A stretch of DNA of 64,000 nt, taken from Patescibacteria group bacterium (GTDB taxonomy: Bacteria > Patescibacteriota > Minisyncoccia > Minisyncoccales > Staskawiczbacteraceae). Of this stretch, positions 9,101 to 18,623 are shown one piece after another. The stretch's first letter is position 1. Every line of letters starts with the position of its first letter. The DNA is taken from NCBI GenBank assembly GCA_018895235.1, contig JAHIOM010000014.1:5203-69202 (forward strand). The letters run 5' to 3'. The notes under the pieces were generated by a model, which saw nothing but the letters and a program-made list of their open reading frames with translations, was not told the origin of the DNA and searched no databases. Both the position numbers and the translations under genes were made by a program.

Positions 9101-9516
9101 TTTTAAGGTTAAAAACCGCCCAGTCAATTTCTCTAAGCGAGCAGCTAAACTGGGAGAAAGAACTGCTTGGGCTTTATGTTTCGTCACACCCCCTAGAAAG
9201 CTATAAATCGGTTTTTGATGGAAAGGTTTTCCCCCTTAATAATCTTACTGATGAGATGGTTGGAAAATTAGTAAAGATCGGCGGTATAATTTCAACCATT
9301 AAAAGGATACTAACCAGAACCGGCAAACCAATGCTGTTTTTAAGCCTTGAAGACCTGACAAATAAAATTGAGGTGGTTGTTTTCCCGACGGTTATTGAAA
9401 AAAACCCCGCTGTTTTTCAGGAAAATAAAATTGTTTTTGTAAAAGGCAAGGTTGATAACCGCGACGGCGAAGTTAAAATTTTAGCAGACGAAGTCGAAGA
9501 AATATTAGAGAGTTAA
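6148..9516 (+). CDS. dnaE: DNA polymerase III alpha subunit, C-terminal fragment (contains an intein)
   Basis: PDIDLDF, THACGIVIS, GLLKMDLLGL, FQLE|intein|SSGM, YRPGPM, FNRAHATAYA and an OB-fold tail. Same reading frame as 3925..5145. The first 86 aa are a decayed copy of the end of the N-fragment. Confidence 0.9.
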   Translation: MDNQFEEMKKICLQKKDLDQKRLNFELEKIEKFGLVESFYRFCIEKKQGEENKVNSLVAYALGITSKYPEGEFQPHKKFESGRVGLPDIDLDFTDRRRNEVINYVAEKYGKDHVAQIITFGTMAARAAIRDVGRALMIPYSYCDRVAKMIPFGMSLEETLKKVHEFKELYESDSQAKNLIDLGKKLEGVARHASTHACGIVISEKPLTDYVPLQHPTQNDDTIITQYEMHAIEDLGLLKMDLLGLKNLTIIEDCLTRIYSIHNKSMSIDDIPLDDDKVYKLLRDANSVGVFQLECLSGETIISNTTIKKLFKTDNKKTLSSVYLDEGKVHKNKIIDILEGGEKNLYTLIAENNWYIKASEDHYFLTENGWKKLRNIKPGEGVLMKNKAKHLVYNTCRTCGKQIDGQKEGKSQFCYKCSASFYKNPSKKESKRKISESRIKFYREGGKPWNYGATVENNKTWKETAEKISKALLGRPLEERWGGKRANEFKKSQSKRSRGNNNPMFGKSCPHRKGGFREDLGHYVRSAWEADFARILKLHNLNYEYEPKTFQLTKPNGEIMHYTPDFYVPSQNTFYEIKGWFHDLDKEKVELFQKQYLDYKFILISATKFAEFALKYKTLINWECPKIPTKQGFGFIKVKEIKYSGREKTYDVKMQSPGNNFVANGFVVHNSSGMQAYLKQLKPTSFEDIVAMVALYRPGPMQFIPDFIKGKHGKKKIEYLHPKLEPILKNTYGVCIFQEQLMQIAQQLAGFSLSEADVLRKAIGKKIKELLHAQKEKFISGCIKNNIDKKIGQELWQWILPFAEYGFNRAHATAYATIACQTAYLKTHYPVEFMAALLTSEKADIERIAVLIKECKKMGIHVLPPDVNESFRNFSVVPNENKIRFGLLAIKNVGENIVEAIITERKNDGPFKSMHDFVSRIQSKTLNKKSLESLIKSGVFDKLEERNTLLHNLEDILEANREIKQNLNNGQKSLFENCSSFNHSVLRLKTAQSISLSEQLNWEKELLGLYVSSHPLESYKSVFDGKVFPLNNLTDEMVGKLVKIGGIISTIKRILTRTGKPMLFLSLEDLTNKIEVVVFPTVIEKNPAVFQENKIVFVKGKVDNRDGEVKILADEVEEILES
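7030..8157 (+). mobile_element. Intein (376 aa) in the DnaE FQLES/SGM motif, with a non-LAGLIDADG nuclease insert
   Basis: Starts CLSGETII directly after GVFQLE and ends NGFVVHN directly before SSGMQAYL. A block-B-like DHYFLT is present. The insert carries a CxxC..CxxC ribbon, NUMOD3-like GGKPWNYG/NNPMFGK and a PD-(D/E)xK-like segment AWEADF...YTPDFYV...YEIKG. Confidence 0.85.
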
Positions 9517-9534
9517 AATTTAAGCAAATAATTT

Positions 9535-11259
9535 ATGAATATAGAAACCATTCGTCACTCTTTAGCCCATATTATGGCTTATGCCTTCCAGGAATTACAT
9601 CCTGGAATTAAATTTGGAATCGGACCCGCCATTGATAACGGGTTTTATTATGATTTTTCTATCCAAATACCGGAAGAAGAACTGCCAAAAATTGAAAAGA
9701 AAATGCGAGAATTAATTAACCAAAATATCGTTTTTAAAAAGAAGCTTGTCTCAAAACAAGAAGCAAAGAAGATATTTAAAAAACAGCCCTATAAGCTTGA
9801 ATTGATTGCAGAGTTGCAGGAAAAAAAAGCATCGGTTTACGAATCTGGAAAATTTGTTGATCTATGTAAGGGACCTCATATTAAATCCACCAAAGAAATT
9901 AAAGCAGACTCTTTTAAACTGACTAAGGTTGCCGGGGCTTATTGGAGGGGTGACGAGAAAAATCCAATGCTTACTAGGATTTACGGTGTTGCCTTCTCAA
10001 TAAAAAAAGAATTGGATGATTATTTGAAGCTTCAAGCCGAAGCAGAAAAAAGAGATCATCGAGTTCTCGGCAAAAAACTTGATTTATTCGTTTTCTCGGA
10101 TTTGGTTGGTAAGGGTTTGCCGCTTTATACAGAAAAGGGTTCTATTATCCGGAGAGAACTGGAAAACTTTGTGGTCAATGAAGAAATAAAAAGAGGGTAT
10201 AAACACGTCTATACTCCGGATTTGGCTAAGGTGGAATTATACAAGGTTTCTGGCCACTATCCTTATTATAAAGATACTATGTACCCTATTATGAAAGTCG
10301 ATGAAGACGAACTTATTTTAAGACCAATGACCTGTCCCCATCATTATCAACTTTATTTAAGCAAACAACACTCGTATAAAGAACTACCCTTGAGAATCGC
10401 AGAATTGGCGAAACAATTCCGCTATGAAAAATCGGGCGAATTAAGCGGCTTAATGAGAACGAGGATGTTCTGCTTGGCCGATGCTCATATAATTTGCCAA
10501 AAAGAAAAAGCATCTGAAGAAATAAATAATGTTTTGGATTTAATAGAATTCACTGCCTCGGCTTTGGGGCTGGAAAAGGATTTCCGCTACCGATTATCTC
10601 TCGGCGATAGAAAAGACAATAAAAAATATTATAAAGATGACAAAGCTTGGAGTTTTGCTGAAAATGTCCTTCGTTCAATTTTAAAGAAAAGAAATATTCC
10701 TTTTTTTGAAGCTAAAAAAGAAGCGGCTTTTTATGGCCCGAAAATTGATATTCAGATGAAGAATTTTATCGGCAAAGAAGATACGGCTTTCACCGTCCAG
10801 TATGATTTTGTCGGACCAAAAAGGTTTAATCTTTTTTATATTGACAAAAATGGCGTAAAAAAAGAACCGATTGTCATCCATCGTTCTTCCATCGGCGCAA
10901 TAGAAAGGACAATAGCTTTTTTGCTTGAAAAATATGCTGGCGCCCTGCCCCTCTGGTTATCTCCGGTTCAATCGTGGGTTATCCCGATTGGAAGTGACCA
11001 CAATAAATATGCCAAAAAAGTTTATGATGAATTAATAAACAATGGGGTAAGAGCAGAAATTAAAAATGACAATGAAACGGTTTCTAAAAAAATCAGAAAC
11101 GGACAAATCCAAAAAATTCCTTATCTTTTAGTTGTTGGTGATAAAGAAATCAAAGCTAAATCGGTGGCGGTAAGGAAAAGAGGGGAAAACAACATTGAAA
11201 CGATAAAATTAGACAAATTTATTGAAAATATTAAAAAAGAAATTTTAAATAAAATTTAA
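9535..11259 (+). CDS. thrS: Threonyl-tRNA synthetase (no N-terminal TGS domain)
   Basis: RHSLAHIMA editing-domain motif, RDHRVLGKKLDLF and MTCPHHYQ class II core, plus a C-terminal anticodon-binding domain. Starts 18 nt after the dnaE stop. Confidence 0.9.
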   Translation: MNIETIRHSLAHIMAYAFQELHPGIKFGIGPAIDNGFYYDFSIQIPEEELPKIEKKMRELINQNIVFKKKLVSKQEAKKIFKKQPYKLELIAELQEKKASVYESGKFVDLCKGPHIKSTKEIKADSFKLTKVAGAYWRGDEKNPMLTRIYGVAFSIKKELDDYLKLQAEAEKRDHRVLGKKLDLFVFSDLVGKGLPLYTEKGSIIRRELENFVVNEEIKRGYKHVYTPDLAKVELYKVSGHYPYYKDTMYPIMKVDEDELILRPMTCPHHYQLYLSKQHSYKELPLRIAELAKQFRYEKSGELSGLMRTRMFCLADAHIICQKEKASEEINNVLDLIEFTASALGLEKDFRYRLSLGDRKDNKKYYKDDKAWSFAENVLRSILKKRNIPFFEAKKEAAFYGPKIDIQMKNFIGKEDTAFTVQYDFVGPKRFNLFYIDKNGVKKEPIVIHRSSIGAIERTIAFLLEKYAGALPLWLSPVQSWVIPIGSDHNKYAKKVYDELINNGVRAEIKNDNETVSKKIRNGQIQKIPYLLVVGDKEIKAKSVAVRKRGENNIETIKLDKFIENIKKEILNKI

Positions 11260-11271
11260 TTATTTTTTTCT

Positions 11272-12909
11272 ATGTCTCAATTATCCGAGGCAACTAAAAA
11301 TCTTTTATCACAATATCGGGCCGGTATGGAAGCCAATCAGCCGGCAGAAGGGGTATCCACTATCCATGTTGACGAAGTAGCTGCAAAAGTGGCTGCTTTT
11401 TATGAAAAAATAAGAGGCATTGTTGACTGGCGAGAAGAACATCTTTTGAAAAGAGGAGCCATTCAGAGAATGCTAAAGAGACGGTTTTTTGTAGGAATTG
11501 ACCTTCTTAAAGAAGAATCTACCAGGGAAACCATTGCCGAACCCTTGGTTTTTGAATTGATTCGGGGGGGGCACTACCCTAATGATAAAATTCCTGAAAC
11601 AAAAATAACCGAAGTCCAAAAGATAATTGACAAGCATATTTTTATCCTGAAAAACACGCCTCAAGCCGAAAGCGGACAAGAGGCCTTACGATTTTACAAC
11701 TGGCTTTTATCAATCGCGTCCTGTGAAATTGAAGAAGCGCTAAGTTCCTCTTATAAAGAGAGGGCCCTGATTGCCTATATGCATGAATCGATGAAAGAAC
11801 GCATTGTTCTAAACGAAGGCGCTATCAGCATTAGACCTTTAAAAGAAGATGAAAAGAATATTCAAATTTATATTGCCGTCCAAAGAGCTCTTTTTAAACT
11901 TGATGCGCCGGTAATAAGTTATCATCTTTTGAAATATCGCTGTCCTGGCTGGAAAAGCACTAATCAGGGAGAACGGCTGGAAATCGCAAAAAACATGCAT
12001 TCCATTAAAAGAAAAATAGAAAGAGATTTGTCGCATCCTTTAGGTGATAAGTTTTATCAAGTTTGCGAAAAGTACGACACCCCCTATTTGCTTTTAAGCG
12101 ACGTACTGTCTGAAGAAAGATTTGAAGAAATTTCCAAAAAAATATCAGAACCGGAGATTATGGAGGGTTTAATCAGGAATGCCTATACCAAAAGATTAAA
12201 TACTCTTCGGGGCCGTCTTTATCGCGCTGCTTTTTATTCAACTCTTTCCGTTTTATTGACTAATACTTTTTCTGTCTTGGTTTTGGAAATACCGTTGGCA
12301 AATTTAATTTATGGATTTTTTAGCAGATCCCCTTTTCTTACGATATCGGTAGATATTTTAGGACCAACGCTTTTGATGTTTTTAATGGTAGCAACAATCA
12401 AACCGCCCTCAAAGAACAACTTAAACATCGTATTAATGGAGGCGATGAAAATTATTTATCAAAAAGAAAAAACTGATGTTTATGAGATAAGAAGTTCTCG
12501 CCAAAAAAGTGTTGCCATGAAATCAATTGTTGGTTTTATTTATCTTTTTGCAGCTTTAATCTCTTTTGGAACTATTTGCTGGATTTTTTCCCTGGCTAAA
12601 TTTCCCATAACCTCGGCATTTGTCAATATTATGTTTGTCGCTCTAATTGTTTTTACGGGATTAGCCATCAAAAGGCGGGGCGAAGAGCTTACTGTCGAGG
12701 AAACGCCGCCGGGCCTGGCAGACTTTTTGTTTGATATTCTTTCCTTACCGATCGCCGGCACTGGCCAATGGCTATCCAACAAATGGAAAAAGTACAATAT
12801 AATATCTGCATTCTTTAATGCCTTGATAGATTTGCCTTTTATGGTTTTTGTTGAATTTATAGAGCAGTGGAGATATTTCTTGAAAGAGAAAAAAGAAAAG
12901 ATACACTAA
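11272..12909 (+). CDS. Hypothetical membrane protein (545 aa)
   Basis: Soluble N-terminal half and several hydrophobic helices in the C-terminal half. No family recognised. Confidence 0.6.
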   Translation: MSQLSEATKNLLSQYRAGMEANQPAEGVSTIHVDEVAAKVAAFYEKIRGIVDWREEHLLKRGAIQRMLKRRFFVGIDLLKEESTRETIAEPLVFELIRGGHYPNDKIPETKITEVQKIIDKHIFILKNTPQAESGQEALRFYNWLLSIASCEIEEALSSSYKERALIAYMHESMKERIVLNEGAISIRPLKEDEKNIQIYIAVQRALFKLDAPVISYHLLKYRCPGWKSTNQGERLEIAKNMHSIKRKIERDLSHPLGDKFYQVCEKYDTPYLLLSDVLSEERFEEISKKISEPEIMEGLIRNAYTKRLNTLRGRLYRAAFYSTLSVLLTNTFSVLVLEIPLANLIYGFFSRSPFLTISVDILGPTLLMFLMVATIKPPSKNNLNIVLMEAMKIIYQKEKTDVYEIRSSRQKSVAMKSIVGFIYLFAALISFGTICWIFSLAKFPITSAFVNIMFVALIVFTGLAIKRRGEELTVEETPPGLADFLFDILSLPIAGTGQWLSNKWKKYNIISAFFNALIDLPFMVFVEFIEQWRYFLKEKKEKIH

Positions 12910-12963
12910 GCTCTTGTAAAAAGGGTCGACTAATAACCAATAAAATCTAAATTAAAAAAAAAT

Positions 12964-14325
12964 ATGCAAAAAATAACAAAACTATTTTTCATTTTAGCAA
13001 TGTCTTGTTTGATATTTGGGGTAGGCGCTGATATACGGGCGCAGGAAAACGAAGAAGCAACCCAAGAATTAGCTCTTGATGAAGAAGTTTCTTCGCAAGA
13101 TTTGGGGATTAATGAACCTAAACTTCTGCCGGACAGCCCATTTTATTTTCTAAAGAATTGGGTGAGAAAAATCCAAAGCACCCTCACCTTCAATAAGGTA
13201 AAAAAAGCTGAATTAGAGAATAAATATGCAAACGAGAAATTAATTGAGCTTAAGAAATTAGTAGAAAAAAACGCGGATCCGGAAAAAATCAAGAAAGCAA
13301 CGGAAAATTACCAGAACCAAATTGAAAAAATAAAAGAAAAAGTTGAGCAAATCAAAGAAAAAGCGGCTGATAATCAAGCGGTGGATAAGTTTTTAGACAA
13401 ATTTGTCAACCAACAAATACTACAAGAAAAGATTCTTCAAAAGTTGGAGGAACAGGTTCCAACCGAAGCTCTTGAAAAAATAAAAGAGGCAAGGGAACAA
13501 CATTTGGTGAAGTTTGGCGAAGTAATGACGAAATTAGAAGATCGAGCTGAAAAAATAAAAGAGAAAATAGAGAATGCACTAGAAGAAGGAGGCAGCCAAT
13601 TTAAAAACTTTAAGAATTTAGAAATTCTTAAAAATATAGAAGAAAAAATTCCCGAACAGGCGAAAGAGGCAATCCAACAAGCTCAAGAAAATGCGTTAAA
13701 TAGATTAAAAGAAAATTTGGAAAATATGTCTCTCAAAGACCAGGAAAAGTTTAAGGACTACATAGATAATGTTTCCGGCGACAAAGAAAAACAACTTCAG
13801 ATATTAGAAAGCTTAAAAACTGAAATTTCTGAAATGCCAGCTATCCAGATGAAGCTAAACCAAGTACGGGAAAGGGTTATGGAAAAAGTCATGGAAAAAG
13901 CACAGGAGGGAGCTGTTATTAAAAATTGTCCTTTAACTGAAAAACCCTCTTCTAATTTCTGCCCCAATGGTAGAATTGTCCCCCAGAAAGATGAAAAAGG
14001 CTGTATTATCGAATTTAAATGTGTGATACCAGCAGAAACGCAAGTTACTCCCCCATCTACAGAATTCAACTGTATTGCTTTATGGGATCCGGTTTGCGGC
14101 AAAGACGGGAAAACTTATTCTAATAAATGTTTTGTAAAATTGGCTAATGTTGAAGTTGCTTACCAAGGAGAATGTAAAACCAAAGAATGCGAAAAAGACA
14201 ACGACTGCCCGCAGGTAAAATGCGGCGCTAATACAACAAGCAATGCAAAGTGCTTAGAAACAACAAGTAAATGCGTTGATGGAAAATGCGTGATAACTTC
14301 CGCAACTGAAAAAACTGAGCAATAG
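12964..14325 (+). CDS. Secreted coiled-coil protein with Cys-rich, Kazal-like C-terminus
   Basis: Signal-like FFILAMSCLIFGV, an LPDSPFYFLKNW motif and a long K/E-rich coiled coil. C-terminus contains CIALWDPVCGKDGKTYSNKCFVKLANVEVAYQGEC (Kazal-type spacing) plus further Cys pairs. Confidence 0.7.
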   Translation: MQKITKLFFILAMSCLIFGVGADIRAQENEEATQELALDEEVSSQDLGINEPKLLPDSPFYFLKNWVRKIQSTLTFNKVKKAELENKYANEKLIELKKLVEKNADPEKIKKATENYQNQIEKIKEKVEQIKEKAADNQAVDKFLDKFVNQQILQEKILQKLEEQVPTEALEKIKEAREQHLVKFGEVMTKLEDRAEKIKEKIENALEEGGSQFKNFKNLEILKNIEEKIPEQAKEAIQQAQENALNRLKENLENMSLKDQEKFKDYIDNVSGDKEKQLQILESLKTEISEMPAIQMKLNQVRERVMEKVMEKAQEGAVIKNCPLTEKPSSNFCPNGRIVPQKDEKGCIIEFKCVIPAETQVTPPSTEFNCIALWDPVCGKDGKTYSNKCFVKLANVEVAYQGECKTKECEKDNDCPQVKCGANTTSNAKCLETTSKCVDGKCVITSATEKTEQ

Positions 14326-14344
14326 AAGGATTATTAACATAAAA

Positions 14345-14368
14345 CAGCCCCTTGAAGGGGCTGTTTTT
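14345..14368 (+). terminator. Intrinsic terminator
   Basis: CAGCCCC TTGAA GGGGCTG followed by TTTTT. Confidence 0.8.
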
Positions 14369-14387
14369 GTAGGGTAAAATAACCCAT

Positions 14388-15446
14388 ATGAAATATCATC
14401 TAATCACTTTTGGCTGCCAGATGAATAAATCAGACAGTGAAAGAATCGCCGCTGCTTTGGAAAACAATGGTTATAAAGAGGCCTCAAAACTCAATGAGGC
14501 CGATTTAATTGTAATAAATATGTGTTCTGTCAGACAATCAGCGGTTGACCGGGTCCACGGACTGGCAGTAAAAATTAAAGAGCTAAAGAGTAAAAATAAA
14601 AAACTAAAAACCATCCTTACCGGCTGCATCCTTAAAAACGACAAAAAGTTTTTTTCCGGGGTTTTTGATTATATTTTAAGCGCAAAAGATTTGTCCAGTT
14701 GGCCCATATTAAAGAAAAAATCCGATTATTTTAAAATAGTCCCAAAATATGCCTCAAAATCAAGCGTTTTTGTGCCAATTACAAATGGCTGTGTCAATTT
14801 TTGCTCTTACTGTGTTGTTCCCTACGCCCGCGGCCCCTTAATTTGCAAAGACCATAAAGAGGTTTTAAAAAAAATTAAATGTCTAATTAAAAGGGGTTTT
14901 AAAGAAATTTGGTTATTAGGCCAAAATGTTAATGATTACCAATCCCCTAGCGACTTTTCTGTTAACTTCGCCAAACTTTTTAAAATGATTGAAAATATCA
15001 AAGGAAGTTTCAAAATTTTCTTTCTTTCTCCCAATCCTAAAAATTTCTCTCAAGAATTGATTGACGTTTTGTCTAAATCCAAAAAATTCGGCAGACGCCT
15101 TAACCTGCCCGTCCAATCCGGCGATAATGAAATACTTAAAAAAATGAACCGGCCTTATAGCGTAGAGCAGTATAAAAATCTGGTTAAAAAAATCAGAAAG
15201 AAAATCCCGGATATTGATTTATCAACCGATATTATTGTTGGTTTCCCGGGAGAAACAAAAAAGCAGTTTGACAATACGGTCAAATTATTCAAAGAGGTTG
15301 GTTTTAATATCGCCTATATCGCTAAATATTCTCCTCGTCCAGGAACAGCTGCTTTTAAGATGAAAGACAATGTTTCTTTAAAAGAAAAAAAGAGAAGAGA
15401 AAGAATTTTAATGGAGATTGTTAAAAAATCATGCCAAAAAAAATAG
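14388..15446 (+). CDS. miaB: MiaB/RimO-family radical SAM methylthiotransferase (short; no obvious TRAM domain)
   Basis: N-terminal ITFGCQMNKSDSE and the radical SAM box CVNFCSYCVVP. Overlaps miaA by 16 nt. Confidence 0.75.
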   Translation: MKYHLITFGCQMNKSDSERIAAALENNGYKEASKLNEADLIVINMCSVRQSAVDRVHGLAVKIKELKSKNKKLKTILTGCILKNDKKFFSGVFDYILSAKDLSSWPILKKKSDYFKIVPKYASKSSVFVPITNGCVNFCSYCVVPYARGPLICKDHKEVLKKIKCLIKRGFKEIWLLGQNVNDYQSPSDFSVNFAKLFKMIENIKGSFKIFFLSPNPKNFSQELIDVLSKSKKFGRRLNLPVQSGDNEILKKMNRPYSVEQYKNLVKKIRKKIPDIDLSTDIIVGFPGETKKQFDNTVKLFKEVGFNIAYIAKYSPRPGTAAFKMKDNVSLKEKKRRERILMEIVKKSCQKK

Positions 15447-16363
15447 TTGTTATTCTAGGTCCAACTTCCTCCGGCAAAACCGATTTATCTATAAAACTCG
15501 CCCTTCGACTAAACTCAGGGCAAGCTAAAAAAAAGTTCGGCATAAATGGAGCTGAAATTGTTTCTGCTGATTCAAGGCAGGTTTATAAAGGTATGGATAT
15601 CGGCACTGGCAAGATTACCAAAAAAGAAATGCAAGGAATCCCCCACTATCTTTTGGGTGTTGTTTCGCCAAAAAAAAGATTTGATGTCGCCCAATTTAAA
15701 GAATTGGCAAACAAAGCAATTGATAAAATTTTTAAAAAAAACAAGATACCATTTATTGTCGGCGGCACTGGTTTTTATATCCAGGCAATAGTTGACGGCA
15801 TCTCGATACCAGAAGTTAAACCCGACTGGAAATTAAGGAAAAAATTGGAAAAAAAGACGCTTTCTGAACTATATAAAATGCTCCAAAAACTAGACCCTAG
15901 AAGGGCTATGGATATAGATAAAAACAACCCTAGACGCCTTATAAGGGCCTTAGAAATCGTTTTGAAGTCAAAAAGCCCTATTCCCCCGCTCCGGCCTAAA
16001 AACCCTAATTTTAAGGCATTGTTTTTAGGGGTAAAAAGAGACAAAAAAGAACTGAAAAAATTAATTGAAAAACGGCTTTTAAAAAGGCTGGAAGCCGGGA
16101 TGATAGATGAGGTAAAAAAACTCCATAGGTCTGGTGTTTCCTGGAAACGTTTAGAGGAGTTTGGTTTGGAGTATCGTTTTGTCGCACAATATCTGCAGAA
16201 CAAATTAAAATACGACGAAATGGTCAGCCGACTTCAAAAAGAAATTGAACATTATGCTAAAAGGCAAATGACGTGGTTTAAAAGAGATAAACGGATTAAG
16301 TGGGTTAAAAATTCTCAAGAAGTTGAAAAATTGGTTAGAGGATTTTTATTGACAAATAAGTAA
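15431..16363 (+). CDS. miaA: tRNA dimethylallyltransferase
   Basis: GPTSSGKTDLSI P-loop, SADSRQVYKGMDIGTGK and a conserved C-terminal YAKRQMTWF. Confidence 0.9.
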   Translation: MPKKIVVILGPTSSGKTDLSIKLALRLNSGQAKKKFGINGAEIVSADSRQVYKGMDIGTGKITKKEMQGIPHYLLGVVSPKKRFDVAQFKELANKAIDKIFKKNKIPFIVGGTGFYIQAIVDGISIPEVKPDWKLRKKLEKKTLSELYKMLQKLDPRRAMDIDKNNPRRLIRALEIVLKSKSPIPPLRPKNPNFKALFLGVKRDKKELKKLIEKRLLKRLEAGMIDEVKKLHRSGVSWKRLEEFGLEYRFVAQYLQNKLKYDEMVSRLQKEIEHYAKRQMTWFKRDKRIKWVKNSQEVEKLVRGFLLTNK

Positions 16364-16390
16364 AATATGCTACGATTTGAATATTAGGGT

Positions 16391-16705
16391 GTGTGCCCTA
16401 TTCTGCTATTTAACAACACCAATTTGAAAGGACTCGTTATGAAAATGCCCAAACGGAAATTCACATCAGTATTGTTATCGGCGCTGGTAATTTTGCTTGC
16501 GATACTAGGCATCGTTATGGTTGTTTGGTCTTTTATGACCGCCATCGGTAAAAACGACAGCCTCGCCGTGATCCAGTTATTCGGCGGATTCGCCATGTTC
16601 GGATTGGCCTTGATGGTCCAAATTATCCGAGGCAAGGTGGTTTTTTATAAATCATATAAAGAGACCAGACTCAAACAACGGCATTATTTCAAAAACGAAC
16701 ATTAA
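16391..16705 (+). CDS. Small membrane protein (start possibly 16439, MKMPKRK)
   Basis: ORF with two hydrophobic helices. No family recognised. Confidence 0.45.
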   Translation: MCPILLFNNTNLKGLVMKMPKRKFTSVLLSALVILLAILGIVMVVWSFMTAIGKNDSLAVIQLFGGFAMFGLALMVQIIRGKVVFYKSYKETRLKQRHYFKNEH

Positions 16706-16722
16706 CAAGAAAGGAAAAACTC

Positions 16723-17094
16723 ATGTCAGAGACAAAAGGAAAAAACCCAACTCTTGCTGAAAGATTGACACAAAGATTGACACAATTATCGGAGAAAAAA
16801 ACACCTTCTATATTTAATCTTCCGACAGAAATTTCAATAGAATTTTGCACAATTTGTAAAACTCCGAGGCTTGACTCAGACCCAACGGGCGTCACCTGCG
16901 GCAAATCAGAGTGTCTTTCCCGTTTGGGAGCAGTTTACAATAGAGATTTTAATTCGGTAAAGCAAGAGCTTTTTTCAATAGCCAATGATCTCGGCTTAAG
17001 CCCAGAAGAATTGACCGGAGATGGGTTGATAACGCTTTGTAAAAATATCACAAAAGAAATCAAGCTTATTAAATCTACTGTGGAAGGACAATAA
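16723..17094 (+). CDS. Hypothetical protein (123 aa) with a CxxC...CxxxxC cluster
   Basis: ORF only. Followed by a terminator. Confidence 0.5.
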   Translation: MSETKGKNPTLAERLTQRLTQLSEKKTPSIFNLPTEISIEFCTICKTPRLDSDPTGVTCGKSECLSRLGAVYNRDFNSVKQELFSIANDLGLSPEELTGDGLITLCKNITKEIKLIKSTVEGQ

Positions 17095-17100
17095 ACAAAT

Positions 17101-17136
17101 AAAAAACCCTGAAGCATAATGCTTTCGGGGTTTTCT
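17101..17136. terminator. Bidirectional terminator between convergent genes
   Basis: AAAAAA CCCTGAAGC ATAAT GCTTTCGGGG TTTT. Needs G-U pairs. A-run and T-run flank the hairpin. Confidence 0.65.
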
Positions 17137-17159
17137 TTTAATTTGTTTAACGTCGGATG

Positions 17160-18623
17160 TTAAGCAAGAAGTTTTTTTAGTAGATTTTGGACAATCTCTG
17201 GTTTTGCCCTACCTTGGGTTTGCGCCATTACTTTGCCCGCCAAGAATTGCAAAACGTTTTGCTTGCCTTTTTTGAAATCTTCTACTGCATCTTTATTTTC
17301 TTCAATAACTTTTCTTACTGCTTTTTCTATTTCATTTTTATCGCTCACCTGCCCTAATCCTTTATCGTCAATAATCTGCGACGGGTCTTTACCGGTTTGG
17401 AGCATTTCTACCAAAACCTCTTTTGCCGTTTTTGAGGTTATTTTCTCGTCATTAATCAAAATGATAAATTCAGCAAAATTCTCCGGAGTTATGGCACACT
17501 CTTTCTCGTTAAAATCTCTGTCAAGTAATCCCTGCAAATCAGTAATAATATAGTTTGTGGCTAATTTCATTGATGAAGCAAATTTTTCGCTTTTTGCTTC
17601 CAGCCCAATTTCGCTAATCACTTTTTCAAAATACTCGCCCAAATCTTTGTTATCAGTAAATATCTCAATTGATTTGGCATCTAATCCGTATTCTTCAAAT
17701 AATCTTTTTCTTTTTTCTGCCGGCAGCTCTGGTATTTCCGCCCGGATTTTATCAATATATTCTTTCTCTAAAATTATTGGCGGCAAATCCGGCTCAGGAA
17801 AATATCTATAGTCATGCGCTTCTTCTTTTTCTCTTTGGGAAAAGGTTTCTCCTTTGCCATCTGACCAACCGCGGGTTTCTTGAATTACTTTTTGTTTATT
17901 CTTTAAAACTTCTGTCTGCCTCTTTATCTCATAGTTAACTGCTTTTTCTGCTGTTTTAAAAGAATTAAGGTTTTTAATTTCAACCTTCGTCCCAAGTTTT
18001 TTTCCATCGCCAATACTTATATTTACTTCCACTCTCATTTGACCCTTTTCCATATCAGCATCAGAAACACCTAAATAGCGCAGGATTAATTGAAACTCTT
18101 CGGCAAATCTTCTTACCTCAAGGCCAGAGTTCAAATCCGGCTCAGTAACCAATTCCATTAAAGGTATTCCGGCACGGTTAAAATCAACTAACGAATAATC
18201 CGCACCCTCGGGATGCAAAAGCCGGCCGGTATCTTCTTCTAAGTGCACTCTTCTTATTTTTACTTTCTTTATTTCTAATTTTGAAAAATCTTCAGAAACC
18301 GGAATTTCTAAATATCCTTCTCCGCAAAGAGGTTTATCGTATTGGGAAATTTGATAACCCTTGGGTAAATCAGGGTAGAAATAGTTTTTCCGGTCAAATT
18401 TTGACTCTTTGGGGATATTGCAATTTAAGGCCAGCCCAGTTTTTATTACTTTTTTTACTGCTTCTTCGTTGGCCACAGGAAGTGTTCCCGGGTGCCCCAT
18501 ACATGTTGGACAGATATTAAAATTCGGCCGTTTCTCTTCGGCGTCATTTTTGCAGGAACAAAACATTTTAGAGTTGGTTTTCAACTCAACATGAATTTCC
18601 AAACCAATTGTTGGTTTAAGCAT
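17160..18623 (-). CDS. gatB: Asp/Glu-tRNA(Asn/Gln) amidotransferase subunit B
   Basis: MLKPTIGLEIHVELKT...MFCSC...CPTCMGHPGTLP. The track ORF extends to 18677, but the Met at 18623 matches the usual GatB N-terminus. The extra 18 codons lie inside GC-rich hairpins. Confidence 0.9.
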   Translation of the reverse strand: MLKPTIGLEIHVELKTNSKMFCSCKNDAEEKRPNFNICPTCMGHPGTLPVANEEAVKKVIKTGLALNCNIPKESKFDRKNYFYPDLPKGYQISQYDKPLCGEGYLEIPVSEDFSKLEIKKVKIRRVHLEEDTGRLLHPEGADYSLVDFNRAGIPLMELVTEPDLNSGLEVRRFAEEFQLILRYLGVSDADMEKGQMRVEVNISIGDGKKLGTKVEIKNLNSFKTAEKAVNYEIKRQTEVLKNKQKVIQETRGWSDGKGETFSQREKEEAHDYRYFPEPDLPPIILEKEYIDKIRAEIPELPAEKRKRLFEEYGLDAKSIEIFTDNKDLGEYFEKVISEIGLEAKSEKFASSMKLATNYIITDLQGLLDRDFNEKECAITPENFAEFIILINDEKITSKTAKEVLVEMLQTGKDPSQIIDDKGLGQVSDKNEIEKAVRKVIEENKDAVEDFKKGKQNVLQFLAGKVMAQTQGRAKPEIVQNLLKKLLA

